Origin: Stegostoma tigrinum
Taxonomy: Eukaryota
Length of the DNA stretch: 64,000 nucleotides
Direction: 5' to 3'
Assembly (NCBI RefSeq): GCF_030684315.1
Contig: NC_081369.1
Span: 2,408,689-2,472,688 of the forward strand
In this document: positions 23,844 to 36,612 of the stretch, in pieces
How positions within the stretch are numbered: the first letter of the stretch is position 1
How the letters are laid out: each line of letters begins with the position of its first letter
Notes under the pieces: generated by a model
Told to the model about the DNA's origin: nothing
Databases searched by the model: none
Seen by the model: the letters and a program-made list of their open reading frames with translations, nothing else
Translations under genes and position numbers: made by a program

Positions 23844-25379
23844 CTGCTGACCCCCAACACACTGTTCTGTATCTGTAAAATCTTCCTTACTGTCCTGTTT
23901 TGACAGTATCACCTCACTCAAACACACACACACCAACCTATGGGGTGAATCATGTCATCCAAGATGTTTGTCTATTTGCAGATACATTCTACTTTGTTTG
24001 CAAAACACACAAATTTCTAGTCACAGTCAGTCAGTGTGGCATTATAAAAAATCCCTCCTTTCAGAATAAAACCAGCCTGATTCCAGGTTAGAACTTGGAG
24101 AAAGATTGTGAATGAGGTCTCACACCTTCAATTCAGTGCCTGACCTAAAGTGCCACCTTTTGTATCTCCGCTTGATTGATGTTTAGAAAGTTCGGCAGAC
24201 ACTGATAAAACTTCCAGTTATCTCAGGGCAATGACTTGAAAGAGATTCTGGAATTTGCATCTTAATCTCTCGCTACACCTGATGAAGAAATGGTGCTGCA
24301 GAAGCTTGTGATTTCAAATAAAGCTGCAATGTTGGACGACAATGTGGTGTCATGTGATTTCTAATCTTAACTCTGTTTTCTATCCGGAGAACTGCCAGAA
24401 ATGCTGAGTTTCTCTTGCAATTTCAGCTTTTATTTGTTTCAATTTTTCCACATTGCCTGACAGAATCCAATAATGCAGCTCTACGTGAACAGCTTGGCTC
24501 AGCATCTCATCACATCTGGAGAACACCTCTTCAGTACTATTGCTGGTCTGTTCTCAGGGCCAATAACCTTTAAGCATTTAGTGATATTGTGTACGGTGAT
24601 TCAAATCAGCTGATGACAGGTATTAGTGATGCTTTAGATATTTAGATGCAGCCAATATGCCCATCCACTCAGCACTTCTGGCTGAAGTTAGTTGCAAATA
24701 ATTCAGCCTCACCTTTAGCACTAATGTGTTGGTTTCTAAATCATTAAGATTGAGCATATTTGTGTTTCATTGTTCAACATGTCTCACAACTGGATGTGGC
24801 AGTACTGAAAATTATACACCTGAACTGTTCACTAGGAAATTGATGAGAAATGTCGTTCAGTTGCTGAATTTACCATTTGGCACGCATGAAGCCCCAACTG
24901 TCACGGGGCAACTGATACACAGTTTGGGAATGCATTTAGTGAACTCTGCAGTATTTCATAGCAAGTAGTTGAACAGCGTCATAAAGTTGGCTGCAAGTTT
25001 CACTTTGTAATGTCAGAAGAAGATTGCAACACATCACTGCCTGTGCCTCACTTGAGTTTCTCCAAAATAGACCTTAATCTAGCTGTGCAATTACATTAAA
25101 GAATCATTTAATTCATAACCATGTTTGTTTAATTTACCCATCAACACTTCCATTTTGTCTGATCCTCCAGATTGCTTGAAAAGCACTTCTCTACTTTTTT
25201 TTAAACCATGCAAGAATGGACTTTTTGAATCAATCTAACTGCTCATAATGGATTTGTTACCAACAGTGCTGGGAGTAAAATAGAAGACCACATTAAAGTC
25301 CATGTTGGATTCCACTCTCACATTTTCACATCCAAGACACTCTGACACATTGAATCCTTAGTCTCAGTTTCACTCTTTA

Positions 25380-25630
25380 TACATAGAACATTACAGCACA
25401 GTACAGGTCCTTCGGCCCTCAATGTTGTGCTGACCTGTCATACCGATCTCAAGCCCATCTCACCTGCAATATTCCCTGTACGTCCATATGCTTGTCCAAT
25501 GACGACTTATATGTACCTAAAGTTGGCGAATCTACTACCATTGCAGGCAAAGCGTTCCATTCCCTTACTACTCTCTGAGTAAGGAAACTACCTCTGACAT
25601 CTGTTCTATATCTTTCACCCCTCAATTATG
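25380..25630 (-). mobile_element. CR1 3' end fragment
   Basis: catagaacattacagcacagtacagg tail resembles the 20396 element end. Confidence 0.75.
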
Positions 25631-25892
25631 TTGCATTTGAAGAGATACGTCTTCATCTATATCCCTTATCTACCTACATGTATCAATCTTTATTAAAAGC
25701 CTGACTATTCCCTCCATGGCAACATAAATCAGAAATTAATTATCTACCAATTATCCAATCTACTGTCAATGATGAGAACTGTTTCCAACATCTACTCTGT
25801 CCGGACCTTCCATCATGTTGAACATTCTGTGAAATTCCCCCTTGACTCACTTACCTTCAAGTAGAGCAAACCGAAACTCCCCCACCTCTCCC

Positions 25893-26044
25893 NNNNNNNN
25901 NNNNNNNNNNNNNNNNNNNNNNNNNNNNNNNNNNNNNNNNNNNNNNNNNNNNNNNNNNNNNNNNNNNNNNNNNNNNNNNNNNNNNNNNNNNNNNNNNNNN
26001 NNNNNNNNNNNNNNNNNNNNNNNNNNNNNNNNNNNNNNNNNNNN
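25893..26044. other. Assembly gap
   Basis: Run of N. Confidence 1.
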
Positions 26045-27490
26045 CTCACTCTCCCTGACCCTGACTGCTTCCTGTAAACTCACTGATACACCCACAATTT
26101 GTCCTTCCCATTCTTTCTCCTACTCTCGTGGCTGCATTACTCTTTCTTATCCTCTCTCTCACCTTGTATCCCACTGCCTCTCCCCCACCAGTCACTATCT
26201 TTCCCCTGATTTGTGTTATCATTTGCTGCCTTCGTCTGTCCCCCTCACTCTCTCCTGCCGTCTTTCTGCACTCTTTCCACCTGTACAGAATGTGCACTCA
26301 CTCTCTTAGCAACATTCCTCTCCCCAGTCATTACACTCTATTCCTCTGGTCAGCTTCTCTCTCAACTACACCACCTCTATTTCCTTTATCCTCTACCTTT
26401 CATTGGTCTCTGCCTCACATTCATCCTGCCTTTCCAAATTTCCTCTTCTCTTGACCACCTCACTCTTTCTCTGTCCCTCTGGCTCTACCCACCACTCGTA
26501 CCATCTGTCTCACAACCTCCCTCCACACCTCCACATCATCTCTGCCTCAAGTTCCCATGAACTCTCACCCACATCCTTGCTCGACCACTCCACCTGCTTC
26601 TCTCAGCCAGCTCTTTCTCTTCCTCCATCTCTCTTATTCTCTGGTCCTCACTCTATCTCTCCTTTCTTCCCTGTGTTCTCCCTGTTGCCCTCTCTGGATC
26701 ACTCTCACTCTCACTCTCCAGTGCTTCATGACTCCATCCCATTCCCCTCTAATCCTCACTTGTCCCCTTGATCTCCATCAACATGTCTATCTTCTCTGCT
26801 CTCTCTACTTACCCGCCCCACTCCCTGTCACACTCCCTCATCTGCACTCTCTCTCTTTTTTCATTGCTCCCTCATTCTCTTCCTCTATCTGGCCTTCACT
26901 GCCCACCAATCTTTATCCCTGTCTATGTCTTCCATTCTCTGTCTTTCTCCTTTTTCCCTTACTCACTTCCCTTCTCTATCTCACTTACCATCTCTCCTTC
27001 CCTTTCTCCAATTCTCCTCTCCCTTAACTCATCCCTCACTCTTCCTCTTGCTCTCTTCCCCTCTTACTGCTGTCCCTCCCTCTGACTCCCTCTCTGCTTC
27101 CTTCTATCCCTTCCCTCACATTTCCTACTGCTCCACTACTCTTTTTCTCTCCCACAGACTCCCAACCTTGCCAAACCTCCTCCTATCTCTCTCCACCCTT
27201 TCAAAACTTCATTCACTCCCCCTTCCTTTCTATCTCTACCTTTCCTCGTCGTGCTGTCCTACATCATATTTCTCTTCCTCATCCACCTCACCTCCACCCT
27301 GATCCCTCTCTTCATTATTGTTTTGTCTCTGGATCCATATGCTTGGATCTGTATTGCTCCCTCCCAAATATTCCTCTCACTCTGTCAACCTCACAACCTT
27401 GCTCATCCTAAATGATCCTGCTCCCCATCTTCCAATCCCCCATATATGCACATTGTTCATCTCTCTCCCCCAATTGCTGTCTCCCTGCAA
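26045..27490 (+). repeat. Pyrimidine-rich low-complexity tract
   Basis: ~1.4 kb dominated by C/T on the + strand; the ORFs there are Ser/Leu/Pro-rich artefacts. Confidence 0.9.
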
Positions 27491-27499
27491 TTTTGTAAA

Positions 27500-28950
27500 A
27501 CAAGATTGCAAGAGGGTTTTTTTAGATATTGAAAAGAAAGAGAATGGTAAGCCTGTTGGACTCCTGGAAAAGGAAGCTGGAGAATTAGTATTGGGCAACA
27601 AGAAATGGGGGAGGAACCGCATAGGTGCTTTGCCTCTGTCTTCACAGTGGAAGACCCCAGCAGCATGCTAGTACTTCAAGAGAGTGAAGTAGCAAAGATA
27701 AGTGAAATTGAGATCAATAAGGAGAATGCACTGGGGAAACTGAAAACTATGAAGGTGGATGCATAATGTGGACTATGTGAACATAGACTATACCCTGAGT
27801 TCTGAAGGAAATAGCTGAGGAGATTGTAGAAGCAATGATAGTGATCTTTCAGGAATCACTGGAGCTAGGAAGGGTCCCAATGAACTGGAAAATGGCTAAT
27901 GCAGCACTCCTGTTTCAGCAGTGAGGGAGGTGGAAGATTAGAAACTATAAACCAGTTAGCCTGACCTCAGTTGTTTGTAAGCTTTTAAAGGTCATTATTT
28001 AGGATGAGATTGTGGAGTACCTGGGAGTGCATGGTAAAATAGGGTTGAGTCAGCATGGCTTCATCAAAGGGAGTTCATGCCTGACGGATCTATCAGAATT
28101 ATTTATGGAGGTAATGAGCAATTTAGCCAAAGGAGAGGCAGTGGAGATGATCTATTTGGATTTTTCCAGAAGTCCTTTGACATGGTACTGCACAGGAGGC
28201 TACAAATGAAGAGACCATGGATAGCATGGGCTGACTGGCTGAAGACAGAGAGTGGGGATAAAAGAGGCTTTTTTTCAGAATGGCAGCTAGTGACTCGAGT
28301 ACCTCTAACGTAGTCAGTGTTTGGGCCACAACTCTTCATGTTAGACATCAACTGTCTGGACAAACGAAATGAGCGAATTGTTGAACATTTGCAGAAGGCA
28401 GAAAGGTAGGTAGAAGGATGGGCACTGTTGAGGAAGAGGGGAGGCTGCAGAAGAACCTGAACATGCTAGGCATGTGGGCAAAGAAGTGGCAGATGAAATA
28501 CAATGTGCGAAAGTGTGAGGTGATATACTTTGATGGGAAGAATAGAGGCACAGGTTGTTTTCTAAATGGTGAAATGAGACAAAGAGACTTGGGAGCCCTT
28601 GTTCAGGACTCTCTGAAGGTTAACATGCAGGTTCTGTCGGTGGTTAGGGACTCAACTGTAATGTTTGCATTCATTTCAAGAAAGCAAGAATATAAGAGCA
28701 GAGACTGTCAGATCACAATTGGAATATTGTCAGTAGTTTTGGGCCCTGTGTCTAAGAAAGGATATGTTGGTGTTGGAGGTGTGCCAGAGGAGATTTACAA
28801 GAATATCCTGGGAAATGAAAGGTCATCATATGGGGAGCAGTTGAGGATGTTGTGTCTGTATTCAATGTAATGTACAAGGATGGCAGGATCTTTTTGTACT
28901 TTACGTGTGACTGAGAGGCCTAGATAAAGTAGATACAGAGAAGATGAATT
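27500..28950 (+). mobile_element. Degenerate CR1 LINE
   Basis: QHGFIKGSSCLTDL, IYLDF, WAKKWQMKYNVRKCEV. Confidence 0.85.
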
Positions 28951-29059
28951 GTACTTCTACACAACCTACAAATTCATGGCTCAGTGCAGACTCACTCAAA
29001 CATTAAAATCACAGAAGGAGATTATACTTGGTTCAGTGGGGAACACAGGAGGGCACACC

Positions 29060-30830
29060 AGGAACAGCACCAGGCCGGCCTAAAAATAAGGTGAGGCTAC
29101 CAAACAGGACAGCATGAGTGCTAAACAATATACACATCAAATGACAGACTGTGTGAAATGATCCCTCAACCAATGGATGAGATCTCAGCTCTGCAATCCT
29201 GTTACATCCAGCCATGCACGGTGGTGGACAATTAAGCAACTCACTGCAGGAGGAGGAGGCTCTACAGGTATCTTCATCCTCAATGATGAAAGGGCTCGGT
29301 GCATCAGTGCAAATAATAAGACTGAAGGATATGCTGCAGCCTTTGTCATAAGTGCCCAGTGAGTGATCCTACTTGGCCTCCTTCACAGAACCACACCACA
29401 GATGCCAGTCTTTAGCCGATCGATTCACTGCATGTAATAATTGGGCGGCACGGTGGCTCAGTGGTTAGCACTGCAGCCTCACAGCACCAGAAATCCGGGT
29501 TCGACTCCAGCCTCAGGCGACTGTCTGTGTGGAGTTTGCACATTCTCCCTGTGTCTGTGTGGGTTTCCTCTGGGTCCTCCGGTTTCCTCCCATAGTCCAA
29601 AGATGTACAGGCTAGGTGAATCGGCCATGCTAAATTGCCGGTAGTGTTCAGGGGTGTGTGGGTTACAGGGGAATGGGTCTGGGTGGGATGCTTCAAGGGG
29701 TGGTGTGGACTTGGTGGGTCAAAGAGCCTGCTTCCACACTGTAGGGAATCTAATCTAATATCAAGAAATAGTTGGAAACCGTGTATACTGCAAAGGCTAT
29801 AGGCCCTAACAACATCCCAGCATTAGCACTGAAGACAGGTGCTACAGGAATTGATAATCCCTAGCCAAGTTGTTAGGAATAGCTACAAATACTGACATGA
29901 CAACACAGAAAATTGTCCAAGTAATTTCACACATCAAAAGCAGGACAAATCCAACCCGATCAATTATTGTCCTGTGTATACATTGAATCATCAGAAATGT
30001 CATGGAAGGTATCAACAACAATTTTCTCAAATTGCACCTGCTAATCATTGACCTGATCAGTGATACCCAGTTTGCCAAGTGGCACTCAGCTCCTGACTGT
30101 TAACCATCGTCCTGTTAACAAGTTAACCATTGTCCCAAATCATTCAATGTCATCTCCATCATTGAATCCTTCACTAGCAAAACCCTTGGGTTGACCATTG
30201 ACCAGAAACTGAACTGGACTATCCATTTAAATACAATCGCGATGACAGCAGTTCAGCGGCTGGGAATCCTACAGTGGGTAACTCACCTCCTGAGTTTCCA
30301 AAGACTATTCACCGTCTACATGGCACAAGTAAAGAGTGTGATGGAATGCACCCGAGTTGCCTGGATGAATGCAGCTCCAAGAGCACTCAAAAAGCTGGAT
30401 ACTCCACCCCAGCACAAAGCAAGCCACTTGTTGGGCAATCTAAAATTTTTCTTCCTTCCAGCACTGATGCTCAGTAACATCAGTGTGTTTCACCCACAAG
30501 ATGCACTGTAAAAATCCACTAAAACTGCTTAGACTTCACCTTTGAAACACACAGCGACTTCCATCTCAAAGGACAATGGCAGTAGATATGAGAACATCAC
30601 AGGCTGAAAGGTTGTCTTCAATTCACTTGCTACCCTGACTTGGAAATGTATCACCAATCCTTCACAGTCACTGGCTCAAACTCCTCAAGTTTTCTCCCAA
30701 ATCACATTACGGGTCAGCTGACAACACATGGACTACAATAGTTCAAGAAGGCAGCTCAATACCTCAGTGGCGACAAGGGATGGGCAATAAATGCTGGTCC
30801 AACCAGTGCCAGGTTTTCACAGAAAATATG
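29060..30830 (+). mobile_element. CR1/L2-group LINE remnant interrupted by an HE1 SINE
   Basis: WWTIKQLTAGGG, TIDQKLNWT...QRLGIL...YMAQVKSVME; 3' tail gggatgggcaataaatgctgg. Confidence 0.75.
29442..29759 (+). mobile_element. HE1-type tRNA-derived SINE
   Basis: A box tggctcagtgg, B box ggttcgactcc, core ctgtctgtgtggagtttgcacattctcc, tail aatctaatctaat. Confidence 0.92.
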
Positions 30831-31007
30831 TTGTGATTTAATTTTATGAGATCTTCTTTCAGTGAAACACATGCACAACGATGCCAAGTCATCTATCAAA
30901 AAAATGTTCATACGTACAAGATTGCACACAAGGGTTTCATGATACCACAGTGCGTCGCAATGCTGCCTCACAGCATCAGGGACCTGGGCTCAATTCCACC
31001 CTTGGGA

Positions 31008-32750
31008 AATGATAATGGGAACTGCAGATGCTGGAGAATCCAAGATAATAAAATGTGAGGCTGGATGAACACAGCAGGCCAAGCAGCATCTCAGGAGCAC
31101 AAAAGCTGACTTTTGGGCCTAGACCCTTCATCAGAGAGGGGGATGGGGTGAGGGTTCTGGAATAAATAGGGAGACGGGGGAGGCGGACCGAAGATGGAGA
31201 GAAAAGAAGATAGGTGGAGAGGAGAGTATACGTGGGGAGGTAGGGAGGGGATAGGTCAGTCCCGGGAAGACGGACAGGTCAAGGAGGTGGGATGAGGTCA
31301 GTAGGTAGGAGATGGAGGTGCGGCTTGGGGTGGGAGGAAGGGATGGGTGAGAGGAAGAACAGGTTAGGGAGGCGGAGACAGGTTGGACTGGTTTTGGGAT
31401 GCAGTTGGTGGAGGGGAAGAGCTGGGCTGCTTGTGTGGTGCAGTGGGGGGAGGGTACAAACTGGGCTGGTTTTGGGATGCGGTGGGGGAAGGGGAGATTT
31501 TGAAGCTGGTGAAGTCCACATTGATACCATTGGGTTGCAGGGTTCCCAAGCGGAATATGAGTTGCTGTTCCTGCAACCTTCGGGTGGCATCAATGTGGCA
31601 GTGCAGGAGGCCCACGATGGACATGTCATCTAAAGAATGGGAGGGGGTGTAGAAATGGTTTGCGACTGGGAGGTGCAGTTGTTTATTGCGAACCGAGCGG
31701 AGGTGTTCTGCAAAGCGGTCTCCAAGTCTCCGCTTGGTTTCCCCAATGTAGAGGAAGCAACCCTGGGTACAGTGGATGCAGTATACCACATTGGCAGATG
31801 TGCAGGTGAGCCTCTGCTTAATATGGAAAGTCATCTTGGGGCCTGGGATAGGGGGTGAGGGAGGAGGTGTGGGGGCAAGTGTAGCATTTCCTGCGGTTGC
31901 AGGGGAAGGTGCCGGGTGAGGTGGGCTTGGAGGGGAGTGTGGAGCGAACAAGGGAGTCATGGAGACAGTGGTCTCTCCGGAAAGCAGACAAGGGTGGGGA
32001 TGGAAAAATATCTTGGGTGGTGGGGTCAGATTGTAGATGGCGCAAGTGTCGGAGGATGACGCGTTGTATCCGGAGGTTGGTGGGGTGGTGTGTGAGAACG
32101 AGGAGGATCCTCTTTGGGCGGTTGTGGTGGGGGCGGTGTGTGAGGGATGTGTTGCGGGAAATGCGGGAGACACGGTCAAGGGCATTCTCGACCACTGTGG
32201 GGGGAAAGTTGCGGTCCTTGAAGAACTTGGACATCTGGGATGTGCGGGAGTGGAATGCCTCATCGTGGGAGCAGATGCGGCGGAGGCAGAGGAATTGGGA
32301 ATAGGGGATGGAATTTTTGCAGGAGGGTGGGTGGGAGGAGGTGTATTCTAGGTAGCTGTGGGAGTCAGTGGGCTTGAAATGGACATCAGTTACAAGCTGG
32401 TTGCCTGAGATGGAGACTGAGAGGTTGAGGAAGGTGAGGGATGTGCTGGAGATGGCCCAGGTGAACTGAAGGTTGGGGTGGAAGGTGTTGGTGAAGTGGA
32501 TGAACTGTTTGAGCTCCTCTGGGGAGCAGGAGGCGGCGCCGATACAGTCATCAATGTCACGGAGGAAGAGGTGGGGTTTGGGGCCTGTGTAGGTGCGGAA
32601 GAGGGACTGTTCCACGTAACCTACAAAGAGGCAGGCATAGCTGGGGCCCATGCGGGTGCCCATGGCCACCCCCTTAGTCTGTAGGAAGTGGGAGGAATCA
32701 AAAGAGAAGTTGTTGAGGGTGAGGACGAGTTCGGCTAGGTAGGTGAGGGT
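31008..32750 (-). mobile_element. Young Penelope-like element (RT plus GIY-YIG endonuclease), 5'-truncated, inside an HE1 SINE
   Basis: GVAMGTRMGPSYA, RDIDDC, SIPYSQF (RT); NVVYCIHC...LYIGETKRRLGDRFAEHL (GIY-YIG); terminal repeat 31008-31135. Confidence 0.95.
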
Positions 32751-33223
32751 GTCGGTGGAGAATTTGTACATTCTCCCTGCATCTGCGTGAATTTCCTCTT
32801 GGTTCTCCAGATTCTTCCCACAGTCCGAAGATCTGCAGCTTAGCTGGATTGGCCATGCTGAATTGCCCAAAGCCTCCAGGGATGTGAAGGCTAGACGGAT
32901 TAGCCACGGTAAATGCAGAGTTACAGGGATAGGGTGAGGGGGTGAGTCTGGATGGGATGGTCTTCACTGTCTCAGCGCGGACTCAATGGTTTATATGGCT
33001 GCTTCCACAATGTCCAGATTCTATGATTCCTATTGTATATGAAGTGAAAATAGAATATCCCAAGCTATTTACATGTATTACATTTTAAATAGCACAGAAA
33101 TGGATATTAGAAATATAAACCTATCACTTAACTGTGCTGAAACATCAGGAAGACCTTTCTTCCTTCTCACATCTATAGGTTTGACTTAACTGCTTATTTC
33201 AATTCCTGGTCATGAGAGTGTGA

Positions 33224-33226
<3 letters not shown>

Positions 33227-33255
<29 letters not shown>
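33227..33255 (+). repeat. (CT)n microsatellite
   Basis: Direct inspection. Confidence 0.95.
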
Positions 33256-33441
33256 GAATTCACAGAAATATACTGAAGGAATGTCAGCTTCAAGTATCAC
33301 ATTCAAGATTCTAGCCAAAAGGCTTAGGCTCTGGAATTTTGAACTTAAACCCCTCAAACTCTTCCTAATTACTTCCTAATCATTCTTCGTTCCTTTCTCA
33401 TCATTTTGAACTGACTCCTTTTTTGGAACATTATAAATCGT

Positions 33442-33667
33442 GCCTGTTTTAGTCTTCATGGCTTTCAATATCCAGGGTTTTCAAACTTGTTTGTATTTTT
33501 CGAATCACAGGGTTATAGGTTCATCAAGATGAATTGAACAAAAAAGGCCCATCAGCCTGTTTTAGTCTTCATGGCTTTCATTATCCAGGGTTTTCAAACT
33601 TGTTTGTATTTTTCGAATCACAGGGTTATAGGTTCATCAAGATGAATTGAACAAAAAAGGCCCATCA
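33442..33667 (+). repeat. Tandem duplication, 2 x 113 bp
   Basis: Units 33442-33554 and 33555-33667 differ at one base. Confidence 0.92.
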
Positions 33668-33719
33668 GCCCATCATATGTGTGTTGTTCAAAAATCACCA
33701 CCAAACTATTCTAATGACA

Positions 33720-34920
33720 TTTTTATTTATTCATTCATGGGATGTGGGCACTGCTGGCTAGCCAGCATTTATTGCTGTTCTGTTATTACTCTTCAGCAGG
33801 CATTGAACAGCTGCCTTGTTGAACCACTGCAGTCCTTGTGCTGTAGGCAGACCCAAAATGCCTTCAGTGAGGGAAACCCACGATCTTAGTCAAACGACTG
33901 TGAAGGAATGGTGATGTGCTTCCCATTCAGGATGGTGATTGGCTTGGAGGGGAACTTGCAGGTGGTGGTGTTCTCATATATCTGTTGCCCGTATCCTTCA
34001 GCATGGAAGTGGTCATGGGTTGAGGAGGCACAGTCTGAGGATCTTTGGTGAATTTCTGCACTACATCTTGTCGATAGTGCAAACTGCTGCCACTGTGTGC
34101 TTGTGATAGAGAGAATGGATATTTGGGGATGTGATGTCAATCAAGTGGATTCTTTGTCTTGGATGGTGTAAAGCTTCTTGAGTGTATTTGGTGCTACACC
34201 TTTCCAGGGGAGTATTCCATCAAACTCCAGACTTGTGCCTTGTACATGGTGAACAGAGTATGGGGAGACAAGAGGTGAGTTACTCTCCACAGTATTCCAA
34301 GCTTCTGACTGGTCTTGGAGCAATTGAGTTGATGTGGCAAGTCCAGCAAAGTTTCTGGTCAACAGTAACACCAATGATGTTTGTACTAGGGCTGGGGGAG
34401 GGTTCAGTGATGATAATGTCATTGAGTGTGAAGGAGCTATGGTTAGATGTTCTCTAAGTGGAAATAGTCACATTTGCATCACACAATCATCACTAATCTT
34501 CCCAAATCTGGTTATTGTTCAGATCTTGTTGCATTTATGCATGAAATGTTTCTGAGCACTTTGCAATAAATGGCTTATGACCCCACTATTGGCTGTATGA
34601 TGGAGAGAAGACCATTGATGAAGCAGCTGAAGATGGTTGGGTCAAGGATACCACCCTGAGGAACTCTTGATGAGATTTCCTGATGGGATGTCCTGGAGCT
34701 GAGGTGACTGACTTCCAACAATCACAGACATTGTCCTCTGTGCCCTTTCTGACTCCAGCCAATGGAGATTTTTGTTCCTGATACCCATTGATTCCAATAT
34801 TGCTCAGGATCCTTAATGCCACACTCAGTCAAATATGGCCGTGGTGTTTTTAGGGCTGTCACTTTCATCTCATTCCTGGAATGCTGCCCTCCTCTCCATG
34901 TATGAATGAAGACTACAATC
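33720..34920 (-). mobile_element. Same LINE family, minus strand
   Basis: Shares the tail and ORF2 remnants with 29060-30830; another 3' fragment at ~17160-17490. Confidence 0.75.
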
Positions 34921-36059
34921 ATTTTCCAGAATTTGGCCCATTTTTTAATTGGTTGTATCCTTTCTATGGTCTTCTTCTCACTGACATCATATCGTTAGAT
35001 TTTCTATAGCAAATATATATCGTACATTAGCCAATGATATCAAAACCATGTGCAGTATTGCAGTTGAGATCTCATCAAACCCTTTCCACTTGCATGGCTT
35101 ATTCATCATGTTTAATGAAGGGTAAAATGCTGCTTTATTTCTTAAATGTTCATTTTCAGAAATTGTGCAACTGCGTCAAAAATATGACTTTTCAATGTCC
35201 CAGTATGCTTTCCTGGAATGAGGAATTTTGATGCCTAGGAAGTTAAAGAACGCATTATCAGAAGCTAATTTGGTGAAATTATATCTGCAAAGATAAATGA
35301 CTGAGTACTGAGGATACTTGTGTCTGCTGGAGTACCAAGTCTATAGTATTAAAGTATTTTATCTTATTGAGATTGGAAGTAGCTATGACAACGGACCTGT
35401 TTATCAATACCTAACTGCGGGATGAGGTAAGCATGGATTGGTGCAAATTAAGGATGCACGATGTGGTCATTGTGATGATTCCAGCTGATGTCTGCTTTTA
35501 GCCAGAAAAAATCTGTTCTCAGTTCAGAATTTGACTTGATAGTTGTAGTTTTATTTGTTTGGTTTTAACAAAACGTCATCTCACGAAAAACACAGTATAA
35601 CTACAGATTTTGCTTTATAACAAACTAAGTGCATGTCAAAAGAACAAAGATCAAATAGGACAAGGAAAACTTTGATTTTAAAAGATTTTAAGCACGCAGT
35701 AAAATGTATGATCCAATTAATCTCAAAAGACCTTTTATAAATAGGTAAGAAAGAAATTAGCTTTGAGTAGAAACCAAAACAAAATCCCAATGCAATTTCC
35801 AATGCACCATACATATAATACAATGCAGATCAACTGCATCTAACATATTGGCAGGTTTAAGCTGGTTGCCATGAAAAATTCTGGACTGAATAACTCCTTC
35901 CTGGAGCGATCACACATCTGAGCTCATCTGAACTAAGTTAATTTGGATATTTTGGTTATCCCAACACTTCTATTTTTTTTAACTAACACAAATTATGCAC
36001 TTCAAAGTCCTCTAATTCACTATATCTATCAGTTCCTGATGATGAACATTTCATATTAC

Positions 36060-36612
36060 ATCCAACATAATAATGTGTAGAGCTGGATGCACACAGCAGG
36101 CCAAGCAGCATCAGAGGAGCAGGAAAGCTGACATTTCAGGCCTGGACCCTTCTTCAGAAGCTCTCCGATGTACAGGAGGCCACGTTGGGAGCAACGGATA
36201 AAATGTGCCATGTTAGCAGATCTGTTTAATGTGGAAGGTTTTCTAGGGGCCTAGGATGGGGGTGAGGGGAGAGACATTGGGGCAGGTGTACCACTTCCTG
36301 GAGTTGCAGGGGAAAGTGCCAGGACTGGGGAATGGACGAGGAAGTGATGGAGAGATGGTCCCTCTGAAAGGCAGATAAAGGTGTGGAGAGAAAATGTCCC
36401 CATAATTTCCCCTCCACAGTGGTCTAAATTGCCAATTGTGTTTCCCACAACTCATCACTCACACCCCCTCCCCACAATAACAACAAAGGCAGAATCCCCC
36501 TCATCCTCACGAACCTTTCCACCAACCTCCAGATTCAATGCATCATCCTCTGTCATTTCTGCCACCAGCAATCTGGCCCCACTATCAAGGACATTTTCCC
36601 CTCCCCACCCTT
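36060..36612. mobile_element. Rearranged Penelope fragments in both orientations
   Basis: Terminus at 36060-36160, minus-strand linker peptide PGTFPCNSRKWYTCP, and a plus-strand fragment 36405-36612. Confidence 0.7.

Larger units (their letters stand above)
19955..24365 (+). mobile_element. Old Penelope-like element hosting the CR1 and a solo LTR
   Basis: Decayed RT-thumb and GIY-YIG-like sequence at 19960-20390 and 23060-23380. The 3' region 23880-24365 has a hammerhead-like terminus and matches 18420-19000 in reverse. Confidence 0.65.

Noticed and set aside
25813-27302. Several 100-156-aa ORFs
   Set aside because: Caused by N-gaps and stop-poor pyrimidine-rich sequence.
29442-29515. tRNA-like sequence with A and B boxes
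   Set aside because: It is the head of an HE1 SINE and continues into the SINE core and tail.
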